From Mobula hypostoma (Eukaryota), in NCBI RefSeq assembly GCF_963921235.1, contig NC_086109.1, forward strand, positions 4,528,001 to 4,592,000: DNA of 64,000 nucleotides. Reading direction: 5' to 3'. Under the pieces are notes generated by a model, which saw only the letters and a list, made by a program, of their open reading frames with translations, searched no databases and was not told where the DNA came from. The position numbers and the translations under genes were made by a program. Each line of letters starts with the position of its first letter. Positions within the stretch are counted from its first letter, which is position 1. This document shows positions 37,901-50,348 of this stretch, one piece after another.

Positions 37901-39178
37901 CTAGGAAGATAATTCAAATAAGTCAAGTGAATACAGTATAGTGGAACTGAAGGAGCAGAAGTCAAGCACAAGGTGCTCTACTATTTCATTAGACTGTGAT
38001 TGTGTCAAACCAGTTTCTTATTCAAACCACATCTTCTGTTCCAAAAACTTCTTCTTAGCCTCAAACATACCCAGTGACTGAGAACTCAAGGGCAAGGGGA
38101 GAGGGGAAAACAGAGGAAATGGGATAAATGAAAAGATTGTATTCAGTGAAGGCAAATGAATGTACGGCTTTCCAGCCTAATGGTATTGTTTCGAAAGCAG
38201 GGTTATCAAAACATGACACAATATTCCAAATAACGCTTCACCTTGTACAACTGCAAATTAACATCTCAACTTCTATATTCATTGCTCTGCCTGATGAGCA
38301 ATAGGGGCCCTAGGGAGCACTGTGGAACAAAGGGACCTAAAAATAAAAGTACACTGTTCCCTGAAAGTGGAGTCACGGGTAGACAGGATGACGGAGGGTT
38401 TTGGCGCTCTGACCATTATCAGTCAGTGCAGCGAGTATAGTAACTGGATTATGTTGTAATCTATGCTAACTGTGAGGGATAGGGGTTACTTGACACAAGT
38501 GATCCACAAACTGATTAGAGTATTATACAGACAAAAATAAGTTTCTTAATACACTGGACAAACTTGGAGAAGCATTAACATGGATTTTTTCTCTGGAGAC
38601 TGACGGAAGACCCAACAGTAATTTAAAACATGAGAGAAGCAAAATAAGGTAAACAGCCTTCATCTTAAGAGTAAGATTGTCGAATACTTGAAGGCTTAGC
38701 TTTAAGGCTAGAGGGGGAAAGTTCAAAGAGGACATGCAGCTAGCTAGCTTGTTTTTTTTTAAATACTGAGACTGGTAGGTGCCTGGAACTTCCTGCCAAG
38801 GGTGGTAATGAAAGCCGATAAATAGTGGCATTCAAGAGACTTTCAGACAGGCAAATAAATATTGAGAAAATGGAAGGATATGAATCAAGTGCAGGCAAAA
38901 GGGATGAGTTTAATTTGGTATCATGCTCAGCATGGATGTTGTGGGCCACAGGGCCTGCTCCTGTGCGGTACAGTTCTATGTACATGCTATTTATACAAGA
39001 GACACTTATTAAGCAGTTCCAGATAGGCCATAGTACCCTTTCAAAACCATTTTAACATATGCCAACTTTTTAATTTCCTGTTTTTAACTGCAGCAGCCCA
39101 TTTCTCTCGAGACCACCATGCCTGTGTTAACTGCCTTCTTCCTATTTACATATCCAGAGAAATCCTTAATGTTTGAGT

Positions 39179-40096
39179 TGTGACGAAAGAGGGTTACAAA
39201 AAGTACACATAGACTAAGATGTTAACTGTCCTGTGCTGGCACCAGTGGGATCAGCAGTTGATCTGCCACCTGTCTTCAGGAGAAAGAGAGATAGGGAAGA
39301 CAATGGAGCAGCATTTGGAAATGTTAATGAAGAGGCGAGAGAGTTTAACGGAAGGAGACAGCGGTCTGGGAATTGTCAAGACCGGCTCCTCTTTGAACCC
39401 TGAACTGTTTGAAGTGATGGACAGGCGATACCCCAACAGGGTCAGGTTCGCTAAGGCACACACACACGACACCACGAGGTAACGAGACGCTGGAAGTGGT
39501 GCGTCTCCCACAAGTCGGTGGGAGTTTTGGAGGGCTGGTCGCGGGACCAAGCCATAGACGCACAGGGTGGAAAGGTTCGATCGGCGGGAACCTGGTGTGT
39601 GTCCGCCCTTGCCTGGGTGCCAGGTTCACTGCAGAGGAACGATCGTATCTGAAACGGAGGGGTCACAGTCGGTGACCTCAGAAGACATTACAAAAGGGCT
39701 CGCCCGAAAGCTGACTGCGAGGAATATCGAAGGTCTGTGTGGAAGCCGTTTTGAATATTCATTTGCTTTTGCTCTCTCTCTCCTTCCCCCACCCCCCCAT
39801 CCACCGGCACGGCAGTGATTACTGTGACCTGAACTGAACTCAATTGAACTTAACTTTGCGTCACTTTGAAACTGGTCATTTACCCCTAGACGACGATAGA
39901 GCTTGATTGATCCTATTATCCTAGTTCTGTGGACGTGTGTATTTATCATTGCTGAACTGTTGCATTTATTATTCTTTCGATTAGAGTACTGTGTTGCTTG
40001 CTTCTTTAATAAAACTTTCTTAGTTCCAGTAATCCAGACTCCAACTGAGTGACCAATTTCTGCTGGTTTGGCAACCCAGTTACGAGGTACGTAACA
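39179..40096 (+). mobile_element. Solo LTR (918 bp)
   Basis: TGTGACG...CGTAACA inverted termini; 4-bp TSD GAGT (39175-39178, 40097-40100); AATAAA at 40008-40013; CpG-rich interior; no coding region. Confidence 0.85.
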
Positions 40097-40460
40097 GAGT
40101 CAATATTACCTGTTTAATCTCAAAATCGATTTTCTCCCTTTGAGCATCTTACGCTTCCAGTGTTGAATCCTTAAAGCTTCCCAGTGCTCTGGTCTACCCT
40201 CAGCCTTTTCCACGGTGCCACTTTGTTTGGATGCTTCGTCCTCTGGTTGACCACCAGCCATTGCCACGTTGTTTGGGTCCTTCCAGTGCTCTGGTCTACC
40301 ACCAGCACTTGGCATGTTGCTTTCTCCGTCTTAATTTATCATTTTTACCTTCTTTGTTAACCATATAATACCCTCTTTCTAATTGGTTTAAATTAATGCA
40401 ACACACATCAAAGTTGCTGGTGAACGCAGCAGGCCAGGCAGCATCTCTGGGAAGAGGTAC

Positions 40461-40496
40461 AGTCGACGTTTCAGGCCAAGACCCTTCGTCAGGACT
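40461..40496 (-). ncRNA. Minimal hammerhead ribozyme motif, sense to the host pre-mRNA
   Basis: Minus strand AGUC-CUGACGA-AGG(GUCUUGG)CCU-GAAA-CGUC|GACU. Confidence 0.75.
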
Positions 40497-41459
40497 AACT
40501 GAAGGAAAAGTTAGTAAGAGATTTGAAAGTGGGAGGGGGAGGGGGAGATCCAAAATGATAGGAGAAGACAGGAGGGGGAGGGATGGAGCCAAGAGCTGGA
40601 CAGGTGATTGGCAAAGGGGATATGAGAGGATAATGGGACAGGAGACCCGGGGAGAAAGACAAGGGGCGGGGGCAACCCAGAGGATGGGCAAGGGGTATAG
40701 TCAGAGGGACAGAGGGAGAAAAAGGAGAGAGAGAGAAAGAATGTGTGTATATAAATAAATAGCCGATGGGGTACGAGGGGGAGGTGGGGCATTAGCCGAG
40801 GTTAGAGAAGTCAATGTTTATGCCATCAGGTTGGAGGCTACCCAGACGGAATATAAGGTGTTGTTCCTCCAACCTGAGTGTGGCTTCACCTTTACAGTAG
40901 AGGAGGCCGTGGATAGACATGTCAGAATGGGAATGGGATGTGGAATGAAAATGTGTGGCCGCTGGGAGATCCTGCTTTCTCTGGCGGACAGAGCGGATCT
41001 CCCAGTGGATACACATTTTAATTCCACATCCCATTCCCATTCTGACATGTCTATCCACGGCCTCCGCTACTGTAAAGATGAAGCCACACTCAGGTTGGAG
41101 GAACAACACCTTATATTCCGTCTGGGTAGCCTCCAACCTGATGGCATGAACATTGACTTCTCTAACTTCCGCTAATGCCCCACCTCCCCATCGTACCCCA
41201 TCCGGTATTTATTTTTATACACACATTCTTTCTCTCACTCTCCTTTTTCTCCCTCTGACTATACCCCTTGCCCATCCTCTGGGTTCCCCCCCCTTGTCTT
41301 TCTCCCTGGGCCTCCTGTCCCATGATCCTCTCATATCCCCTTTGCCAATCACCTGTCCAGCTCTTGGCTCCATCCCTCCCCCTCCTGTCTTCTCCTATCA
41401 TTTTGGATCTCCCCCTCCCCCTCCCACTTTCAAATCTCTTACTAACTTTTCCTTCAGTT

Positions 41460-41495
41460 AGTCCTGACGAAGGGTCTCGGCCTGAAACGTCGACT
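41460..41495 (+). ncRNA. Minimal hammerhead ribozyme motif
   Basis: AGUC-CUGACGA-AGG(GUCUCGG)CCU-GAAA-CGUC|GACU; predicted cleavage after 41491. Confidence 0.78.
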
Positions 41496-41593
41496 GTACC
41501 TCTTCCCAGAGATGCTGCCTGGCCTGCTGCGTTCACCAGCAACTTTGATGTGTGTTGCTTGAATTTCCTGCATCTGCAGAATTCCTGTTGTTT

Positions 41594-42524
41594 GGATTTA
41601 ATTTGGCTTTTTTTGACTGATCCACAGAAAAAGACTTTCATGTCAAAGTGAAAACAGATCTCTACAAAGTGATCTAAGTTAATTACAAATATAAAACACA
41701 AAACATGATGATTGCATACGTATTCATCCCGTTAATATGACACACTAAGTCATCACTGGTGCAGCCAATTGGTTTTAGAATTCACATTATTAGTTAAATG
41801 GAGATCACCTGTGTGCAGACGAGCTGTTTCAACACACCATCCCTACCGTGAAGCATGGTGGTGGCTGCGTCATGCTGTGGGGATGCTTCACTGCAGCAGG
41901 CCCTGGAAGGCTTGTGAAGGTAGAGGGTAAAATAAATGCAGCAAAATACAGGGAAATCCTGGAGGAAAACCTGATGCAGTCTGCAAGAGAATTGCAACTT
42001 GGGAGGAGATTTGTTTTCCAGCAAGACAATGACCCCAAGCATAAAGCCAAAGCTACACAGGAATGGCTTAAAACAATGAAGTTAATGTCCTGGAGTGGTC
42101 AAGTCAGAGTCCAGAACTCATTCCAATTGAGAATTTGTGGCAGGACTTGAAAAGGGCTGTTGACTCATGATTCTCAAGCAATCTGACAGAGCTTGAACAG
42201 TATTGTAATGAAGAATGGGGAAAAATTGCAGTGTCCAGATGTGCAAAACTGATCGAGACCTATCCACACAGACTCAAGGCTGTAATTACTGCCAAAGGTG
42301 CATCTACTAAATACTGACTTGAAGGGGGTGAGTCAATTATTTTCTGTTTAATAATTGTAATAAATTTAGATTAATTTGTAGAAATTTGCTTTCACTTTGA
42401 CATGAGTCTTTTCCCTTGATCAATGTCAAAAAACCAGATTAAATCCACTGTGATTCAATGTTGTAAAACAATAAAACATGAAACCTTCTGGGGGGGGGGA
42501 GGTGAATACTTTTTATAGGCACTG
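41594..42524 (+). mobile_element. Internally deleted Tc1 element with long TIRs (left end lost)
   Basis: TVKHGGGCVMLWGCF..FQQDNDPKH; C-terminal AKGASTKY*; right end GAATACTTTTTATAGGCACTG; 41594-41730 is inverted-similar to 42322-42446. Confidence 0.85.
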
Positions 42525-43140
42525 CAAATAAGCAATACATAGAGAACTTGAGATGCAGAGTCCTTGAAAATGAATCCATAGGTTGTGGGAACATTTCAAT
42601 GATGGGGCAAGCAAAGTTCAGTGAAGCTATTCCCTTTGGTTTAGGAGCCCAGTGGTTGATACCTGCCAGTGTTTATCCACTGATCAGTCCTCTTTCACAA
42701 TCCACCATATCCAACTCCTCCTCCGTACCATTACAGCTACTCTTATTTAAGCCTTGCAGTGTTTACCCTCAAACTGTATCTGGAATTCCATCATTCTGTG
42801 ATCACTGCCTTCCAGGAGATCTACAACCATAAGGTATTTTATTAATAGTTCCTTATTGCTCATGACTACATTTAAATAACCTGATCTGGATAAGAGCTGT
42901 AACACGCTCTAAGAAGCAAGTCATGACACAAGTTCTTCTGTGATGCCCTTGCCAATATGGCTTGACCATCAATATGGAGATTAAAATCTCCCATGAGGAT
43001 TCGGTGTTAGCATCAATATAACTGGCTTTCCTTCGACATATGATTCTTCTTTTGCATTGCACTGTGTCCCACCTGAACTGACCATCAAATTCTAAAAAAA
43101 CAGACACTTCTACTACTATTAATAACAAACACATGCTTAC

Positions 43141-43167
43141 CATGAGAAGTTGGAACAACTTTGGTTC
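43141..43167 (-). CDS. CD46: CD46-like STP micro-exon 2, (G)TKVVPTSH
   Basis: TTTTTTCTGTCCTTTTATAG|GA acceptor, G|GTAAGC donor, 27 nt, phase 1-1. Confidence 0.8.
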
Positions 43168-43819
43168 CTATAAAAGGACAGAAAAAAAGATCAACTGTAA
43201 TGAACTGTTTTGCCATAAAACAACATTTCAAAGAACTTGGCTGCATTTAAAGGCATACTGCAGATAACCTTTCACATCTATTTAACTTATTGAGAATCAC
43301 AAGTGAAAACAGTCTCTGTGAACCTAACTTACACAACGTTTGTTTGTGGAGTACCATGATCCATTCATTACAACCCTTGATTGGGACATTACCACGATCC
43401 ATACCAGAGCATGTTGGCCAGCTTAGGATTAATGCTCCTTGGACAACTTTTGTTGACATTCGGGTGAATGAGACAAAGTCCAGTGCAAACAGCAATCATC
43501 CTTCATAATCTGCTGTCTCACAATGGACTCCTTTGAGAATAACGCCATTTACATCTATGGCCAAGACTTGATCGAAATAAAAGGTAATTGCTTTATTTGT
43601 GAAAGTGTGATGTAGCAGGTAGAGACCATACTGGTGCCTCAGTTGAAAAAAAAAACAGGTTTAATTTTGCAGGGCACCTGGCTGAAGACTTCAAGACAGC
43701 AATGTGGACTGGCGAATCACCATATAAAAGCGTTCCAAAACTAAATGCCTGAATTACATGTGAAGGAGTTACAAGTTCTGTGTAACGTTGGTCAGAACAA
43801 ACTTGGAATATTGTGTTCA

Positions 43820-44535
43820 AGGAACAAAGGGACTTGGGAGTCCTTGTGCAGGATTTCCTATAGGTTCATTTGCAGGTTGAGTCAGTGGTGAGGAAGGTAA
43901 ATGGGATGTTAGCATTCATTTAAAGAGGACTAAGATATAAACGCAAAGATGTAATGTTGAGACTTTATAAAGCACTGGTGACGCCTCATTTTGAGTACAG
44001 TGAGCAGTTTTGGGCCCCTTATCTTGGAAAGGATGTGCTGAAACTGGAGGGAGTTCAAAGGTTCAGGAAAATGATTCCAAGATTGACTGACTTGTCATAT
44101 GAAGAGCATTTGATGGCTCTGGGCCTGTACTCACTGGGAATTCAGAAGAATTAGGGGTAACCTAACTGAAACCTATCAAACAGTAATAGGCCTTGATAGA
44201 GTGGATGTGGAGAGGATGTTTCCTATGGTGGGAGAGACTAAGACCAGAGAACACAGCCTCCAAATAGAAGGGTGTCCTTTAGAAGATGGGAAGGAATTTC
44301 TTTAGCCAGAAGGTGGTGAATCTGTGGAATTCTTTGCCACAAGCAGCTGTGAAGGACAAGTCTTTATGTATATTTAATACAGAGGCTGAAAGATTCTTGA
44401 TTGGTCAGGGCATGAAGGGACACGAGGGCAAAGGTAGGCGATTGGGGCTAAGAGGAAAATTGGATCAGCCATGATGAAATGGTGAAGCAAACTCAATGGG
44501 CCAAATGGCCTAATTCTGCTCCTGTATCTTGTGGT
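43820..44535 (+). mobile_element. CR1 3' fragment
   Basis: MLRLYKALVTPHFEY.EQFWAPYL; RNFFSQKVVNLWNSLP. Confidence 0.85.
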
Positions 44536-45465
44536 CCCAGTTCACTTCTGGTTGCCTCATTATAGGAAGAATGTAGAGCAGCTTTCCCAAAATGCTGCCC
44601 GGATTGGAGAAAACGTCATATGAATATAGGTTGAGGGAGCTAGGGCTTCTCTTTAGAACATATGTCGATGAGAGCAACTTGATTAACATGTACAAGATGA
44701 TTCATGCCTCTTATAGAGTGAATAGCCAGAGACTTTCCTCAGTATGAAATGCCTAAAATTATACCCAGGGCATAATTTTTAGGTGAGTGGCCGTATCTTA
44801 AAACTAAATATCCAAGTGGCAAGAGATGGAATTAAAAGTTCTCTACTGCAACATACATCAACTGTTTTTAAATTTTAAAGGGGTTGTTTCATTGGTAAGA
44901 GGGGCAGCCTTCATACCTGCATCCACCAACAGAAGTGGTATTTCAGAGCATTAACAACAATCCAAAGATCCGACCAATGATCAGAAATCAAATAACACTT
45001 GTCATCTGGAATAATTCAATTCATCACTATGAGACATTTTTAACTATGATAAATATGAAAACAGAAGACTGTTTGCAAACAAAGGTCCTGGTAATGAATA
45101 TATGTTTCCTTTATTTTGGGGTACCCTCAGTTAATTTTTTCTGTAAATCAGAAAATACACAAAAATCATCGATATGCAACCACACCTCCACTATATTGTA
45201 ATGAATGGCAACACGCAAGACAGGTAAGAGCAATTACTTCAAGTGGAAACTAGTTCAACCATTGTAGGAATGAACACATATTGGAATATATTATATAACG
45301 GGAGCTCGTATGTACGTAGGGAGTCTCTGGAATTCGGAAGTTTGTGACGTGCGCTGATTTTCAATGGATGTACAATCCTACTTCCCTTTACAGACGTCCC
45401 TGATATCAAATACTATTACACTACAGCAAACACCAACTATTATTCCATAAGGACCACATACTCAC

Positions 45466-45495
45466 CAGTTGCTGTGGTGGTAGTAACTTTGATTC
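45466..45495 (-). CDS. CD46: CD46-like STP micro-exon 1, (R)IKVTTTTAT
   Basis: TTCCCATTCTTCTGCAG|GA acceptor, G|GTGAGT donor, 30 nt, phase 1-1, Thr-rich. Confidence 0.85.
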
Positions 45496-46957
45496 CTGCA
45501 GAAGAATGGGAAAAAAACAGCTGAAATTAACAGCTTTACCATAAACATCACTTTAAAGAAAACTATTTAATTTTATCCTCCAGAAAATACTTTGTGAAAC
45601 ATTTCTCACCTGCGTGTCGCAAAATAATTATGACAATGCAAACTTTTAAAACGTTTCTTTTGCTGAACACCATGTTTCAAACACTACAATTTCTGGTGTT
45701 AACAATACAACTTTATATTTGGGTGACAGTTACCCTGCTACAGTCAATACAAACCACAAGAAGATTCCACATCAGGGTCATAGACCCAAACAAGCCCTTC
45801 AGCCCATCTAGTTCGCGGTGAACTATTACTCTGCGTAGTCCCATCGACCTGCACCTGAATCACAGATGGCTCTCTATACACTGCTCATCCACGTACTTAC
45901 TCGAACTTCTCTAAATGTTGAAATCAAATCCACATCCACCACTTCTACTGGGAGCTCATTACAAACCTCACCACCCTCTGAGTGAAGAAGTTCCCCTGAC
46001 CTATTTCACTTTTCACTCTTAATCTAAGCCCTGCTCTGGTCTCATAGAATGGTACAGCAGAGGAACGAAACCAATGCCATCTGTCCATATCCCTCATATT
46101 CATGTACCTATCTAAACACCTCTTAAAAGTCCCTAATGTTTCTTCCTCTACCACCACCCCAGACACCCACAACTGTGTAAATATTTAAAAAAAACTTGAC
46201 CCTCACATCTCCTTTGAAATCATCCCCTCTTGATTTAAATGCATGCTCTCTCGTATCAGACATTTGAACCCTGGGAAAAAGATACTGTAACTGTGCCTCT
46301 CATAATCTTGTATACCTCTATCAGCCTCCGCCACTCCAAGAAAAAAAACCCAAGATTGTCCAACCTCTCATTATACCAGATGCTCTCTAATCCAGGCAGT
46401 ATCCTGGTACACTTCCTCTGCATGCTCCCTCAAAGTGGAAAACCTCACCCAATCTCAGTGGAAAAATCCTGCTTTCACTTACCCTATCTATAACTTTTTC
46501 ATTGTTTTATATACCTCTATCTCCCCTCATTCTCCTGCTCTCCAGTGTCTAGAGTCCTAACTGATTCAAACTTCCCCCTTAACTCAAATCCTCCATGAAT
46601 TGCTAAATGCTGAAGTTCTGGCTAGATCCCTGTGACATATCACTATTTACACCTTGGTTACAGGCTGCAAAACCTTGGTATTTCTTTCTTCACAGATACC
46701 GCATGTATTTTGGATTTCCAGCATCTGCGTTCTTTTGTTTTCAATCTGCATTTTTGTGACATAAAAGCAATAATAGGTTTCATTTTGAAACATAACCTAT
46801 ATTAATTTTATTCTTTAATTTCAGAAGCTGAATTTTTAAAAGTTTGTAGGAGTGAAGAGCAGCAGGTAAACTGTCAGCAAAACACAATTTTTTAAAACCA
46901 CACTGCCTCTCAAATTTGATCCAATTTTACCCACTATTTTTGGAAATGTTTACTTAC

Positions 46958-47143
46958 GTGGTGTGCAGGTGGGCGGTGAGGATGAAAAATTGTTGTCCTC
47001 TCCACATACAATGACACTGTTGCCGTTCATCTCATAACCTTCTTTACACCGGAAAATGACTTGATCCTGATATTTATAAGTAGATTTGTATGGCGGTGTC
47101 ACGATAACATTGTCAGGAAAATCCGGAAGCAGACATTTAACAT
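46958..47143 (-). CDS. CD46: CD46-like CCP4 exon
   Basis: (D)VKCLLPDFPDNVIVTPPYKSTYKYQDQVIFRCKEGYEMNGNSVIVCGEDNNFSSSPPTCTP; 186 nt, phase 1-1; four Cys. Confidence 0.93.
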
Positions 47144-50100
47144 CTGGTAAAATAAAGAACTTCTTGCTGTTAGGTATCCTAATGAATTCACAACACAAAT
47201 AAAATAGTAAGAATAAAGTTTTAATTTTAAATTCAAAGCACTTAAAGGCACAAAAACACTTTGCTGAACTAAAACAGATCACGAAGCAGCATCTCGTGCA
47301 GATGCAGACCGTTCAATCAGAATGCCCACTGTAACTTTGTGCTCTGCTGCTGGACCTCACTGGGAGTCCTCAGAGCTGCTGAGAGGAAGTGCCACCCCTC
47401 CACATTCACTGACTTGCTGCCCTTTCCCGAAAACCTAACCTGCTTCTATCCTGTTCAATCTTCACCGAAACTAGTCAGTGCATTGCCCTGACAACCTTTC
47501 ACCACTAATATAAGACCATATGATATAGGAGCAGAAATAGGTCGAGTCTGCTCCAGCATTCCTGGCTGATTTATTATCTCTCTCAACTCCGTTCTCCTGC
47601 CTACTCCCCATAACCTGTGATGCCCTTACTAATCAATCCATCAATCTCTGCTTTCAATACAGTCAGTGACTTGGCCTCCACTGCTATCTGTAGCAATGAA
47701 TTCCAAAGATTCACCACTCCATAAGGAAACTTCTCCACATCTCTGTTCTAAAGGGATGTCTTTCTATTCTGTACTTGTGCCCCCTGGTTGAATACTTCCC
47801 CATTATAAGAAACACCCTCTCCATAGCCACTCTTTCATTATAACCCTGATAAGTGTCACCCTTCCCACTGATGCCTGACACAGGTTGTGTCGAGCATTTT
47901 CTAGTTTGATTTCAGATTCCTAGCAAGTGCAGGTCCTACTTCTGATGGGGAAGTGGATATTAAAGTAGTCAGAACTACACGAAACAGTAACACATCCAAC
48001 CTGCGAGACAGATCAGACTCCACAGGAGTGCGAAATCCACTCCCTTAAAAAAAACCACTAAAAAAAGACACGGCACTCAGATTGTTAAAAGGTTGACCGA
48101 GCTAGTCTCCCTTCTTTTAGCCACGTGGTAACCTAATCGAACAGTGTAATGTGAAGGTTAGTTTACTTGTCAGTCAAAAGCCACTCTATCGTGCCAGTCA
48201 CTGGCTCGTTTGAAGGATGCAGCAGCTCTTTCCCATTGGTTGTCTCGTGTGTTATGGCAACGGTGTCTGGTTTCGGGAACCTGTGGGGCTTTCCTTTGTC
48301 CACAGGCACGATTCTTCACACTGAGGTCGTAATCAGTACTGAAGAACCGCTGAGAATTATGCTGCAGATACAGGTGGGAACACATGCACACTTAGCTAAT
48401 TAACTGTTGAATGTTTAGTTTAAAGCTGGGCCTTAGATGTTTCAAAAAGGACAGGGAGGGAGGAATGGCATTGCTAATCAAGGATAGTATCACAGCTGCA
48501 GAAAAGTAGGAAGTCATGGAGGGATTGTCTACTGAGGCATTGTGGGTGGAAATCAGAGACAGGAAGGAGGCAATAACTCTACTGGGTGTGCGCGTGTGTG
48601 TATATACACACACACACCCGCCCCCATAGTAACAAGAGACATCGAGTAGATAAGAAGGCAGATTCTGGAACGGTGCAATAATCATCCGGTTGTTGTTATG
48701 GGCTATTTTAACTTTCCTGATATTGACTGGCAACCCCTTAGCGCAAGGGGTTTAGGTAGGATGGAATTTGTTAGGTGTGTTCAGGAAGGTTTCCTGATAC
48801 AATATATAGATAAACCAGCTGGAGGAGAAAGTGTAATTTATGTGGCATTGGGAAATGAACCCGCTCAGGTGTCAGCTCTCTCAGTGGGAGAGCAATTTGG
48901 AGGTAGTGATCACAATTCTATCATAACACTGGAGAGGGATAGGTGCAGATAATTTGGGAAAGCATTTAATTGGGGTAGAGGGATATATCATGCTATTCTG
49001 CAAGAACTTGAGAATATAAAGTGGGAGCAAATGTTCTCATGGAAATGCATGACAGAAATGTAGTAAATATTCAGGGAACATTTGCATGGCGTTCTGCATA
49101 GGTATGTTCCATTGAGGCAGGGAAAGGATGGAAGGGTCAAAGCACCATGGTTTACAAAGGATGTGGAAAATCTCGTGAAGAAAAGAAAAACTTATGAAAA
49201 GTTCAAGAAACGAGGTACTGTTAGCGCTTTAGAAAATTACAAAGGTGCCAGGAAAGAGCTCAAGTATGAAATTAAGAGAGCTAGAAGTGGGCATGAGGAG
49301 GTCTTGGCATGCAGGATTAAGGAAAACCCCAAGGGATGCTACAAGTATGTGAAAAGCAAGAGGACGAGCTGTGCGAGAATAGGACCAATCAGGAGCGATA
49401 CCGGAAATATGTGCATGGAGTTGGGGGAGGTAGTGGAGGTACTTAATGAATACCTTGCTTCAGTGAAAATGATCTTGGCAATCGTGGGTAAGGTTTACAG
49501 CGGACTGAAATGCTTGAGCGTATACAGGCAGGATGTGCTGGAGCTTTTGAAAAATACTGTTAAATAAATTGCTGGGACCAGATGAGATATACCCAGGTGA
49601 CTGTGGGAAGTGAGGGAGGAGATTGGTGATCCTCTGGTGATGATCTTTGCATCATCAATAGAGATGGGAGAAGGACCAGAGGATTGGAAGGTTCCAAATA
49701 TTACTCCCTTGTTCGAAAACTGAGTAGAGATAACTCGAGAAATTATAGACCAGTGAGTCTTACTTCAGTTGTTGGAGAAGATCCTGAGAGACAGGATTTG
49801 TGAGCATTTGAATTGAGATAATCTGATTAAGGATAGTCAGCATGGCTTTGTCATGGGCAGGTAGTGCTTTACGGACTTGATTGAATTCTTTGAAGATGTA
49901 ACAAAACACATTGATGAAGGTAGAGCAGTGGATGTAATGTATATGGATTTCAGTTAGGCATTTTATAAGGTTCCCCATGCAAGACTTGTTCAAAAAGTAA
50001 GGAGGCATGGGATCTAAGGAGACCTTGCTTTGTGGATCTAGAATTGGCTTGCCCACAGAAGACAAAGGGTGGTTGTAGATGGTTCGTATTCTGCATGGAG

Positions 50101-50192
50101 GATGGTGACCAGTGGTGTTCTGCACAGATATGTTTTGGGACCCCTTCTCTTTTTGTGATTTTTACAAAAAAACCTGGATGAGGAAGTAGAAG

Positions 50193-50348
50193 CAAACAAC
50201 AGGAATTCTGCAGATGCTGGAAATTCAAGCAACATACATCAAACATACATCAGGTCCTGACGAAGGGTCTCGGCCTGAAACGTCGACTGCGCCTCTTCCT
50301 ATAGATGCTGCCTGGCCTGCTGCGTTCACCAGCAACTTTGATGTATGT
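50193..50348. mobile_element. 156-bp Penelope-derived mini-insertion (inverted tail + ribozyme-bearing segment) inside CR1
   Basis: 14-bp TSD TGAGGAAGTAGAAG at 50179-50192 and 50349-50362. Confidence 0.85.
50254..50287 (+). ncRNA. Minimal hammerhead ribozyme motif
   Basis: GUC-CUGACGA-AGG(GUCUCGG)CCU-GAAA-CGUC|GAC; core identical to the 41460 copy. Confidence 0.72.

Larger units (their letters stand above)
40398..41594. mobile_element. Inverted (head-to-head) Penelope-like element pair forming a long palindrome
   Basis: Arms 40398-40972 (minus) and 40995-41558 (plus), 22-nt spacer. Each arm encodes the GIY-YIG C-terminus THF.STSHSHSDMSIHGL..RLEEQHLIFRLGSLQPDG.N. Only the right arm has a 36-nt extra tail. 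Confidence 0.9.

Noticed and set aside
40106..40380. Minus-strand ORF with repeated GRPEHW and a donor-like site near 40109
   Set aside because: Resembles the CR1 ORF2 linker (WLTKE..GRPE.WE..RIQ) with an internal duplication; not an STP-like host exon.
40792..41175. Two near-identical 114-aa ORFs on opposite strands
   Set aside because: Artefact of the Penelope palindrome; half of each ORF is antisense sequence.
45125..45143. Acceptor-like TTTCTGATTTACAG with a possible 16-nt exon
   Set aside because: Not a multiple of 3, has an in-frame stop and a weak donor.
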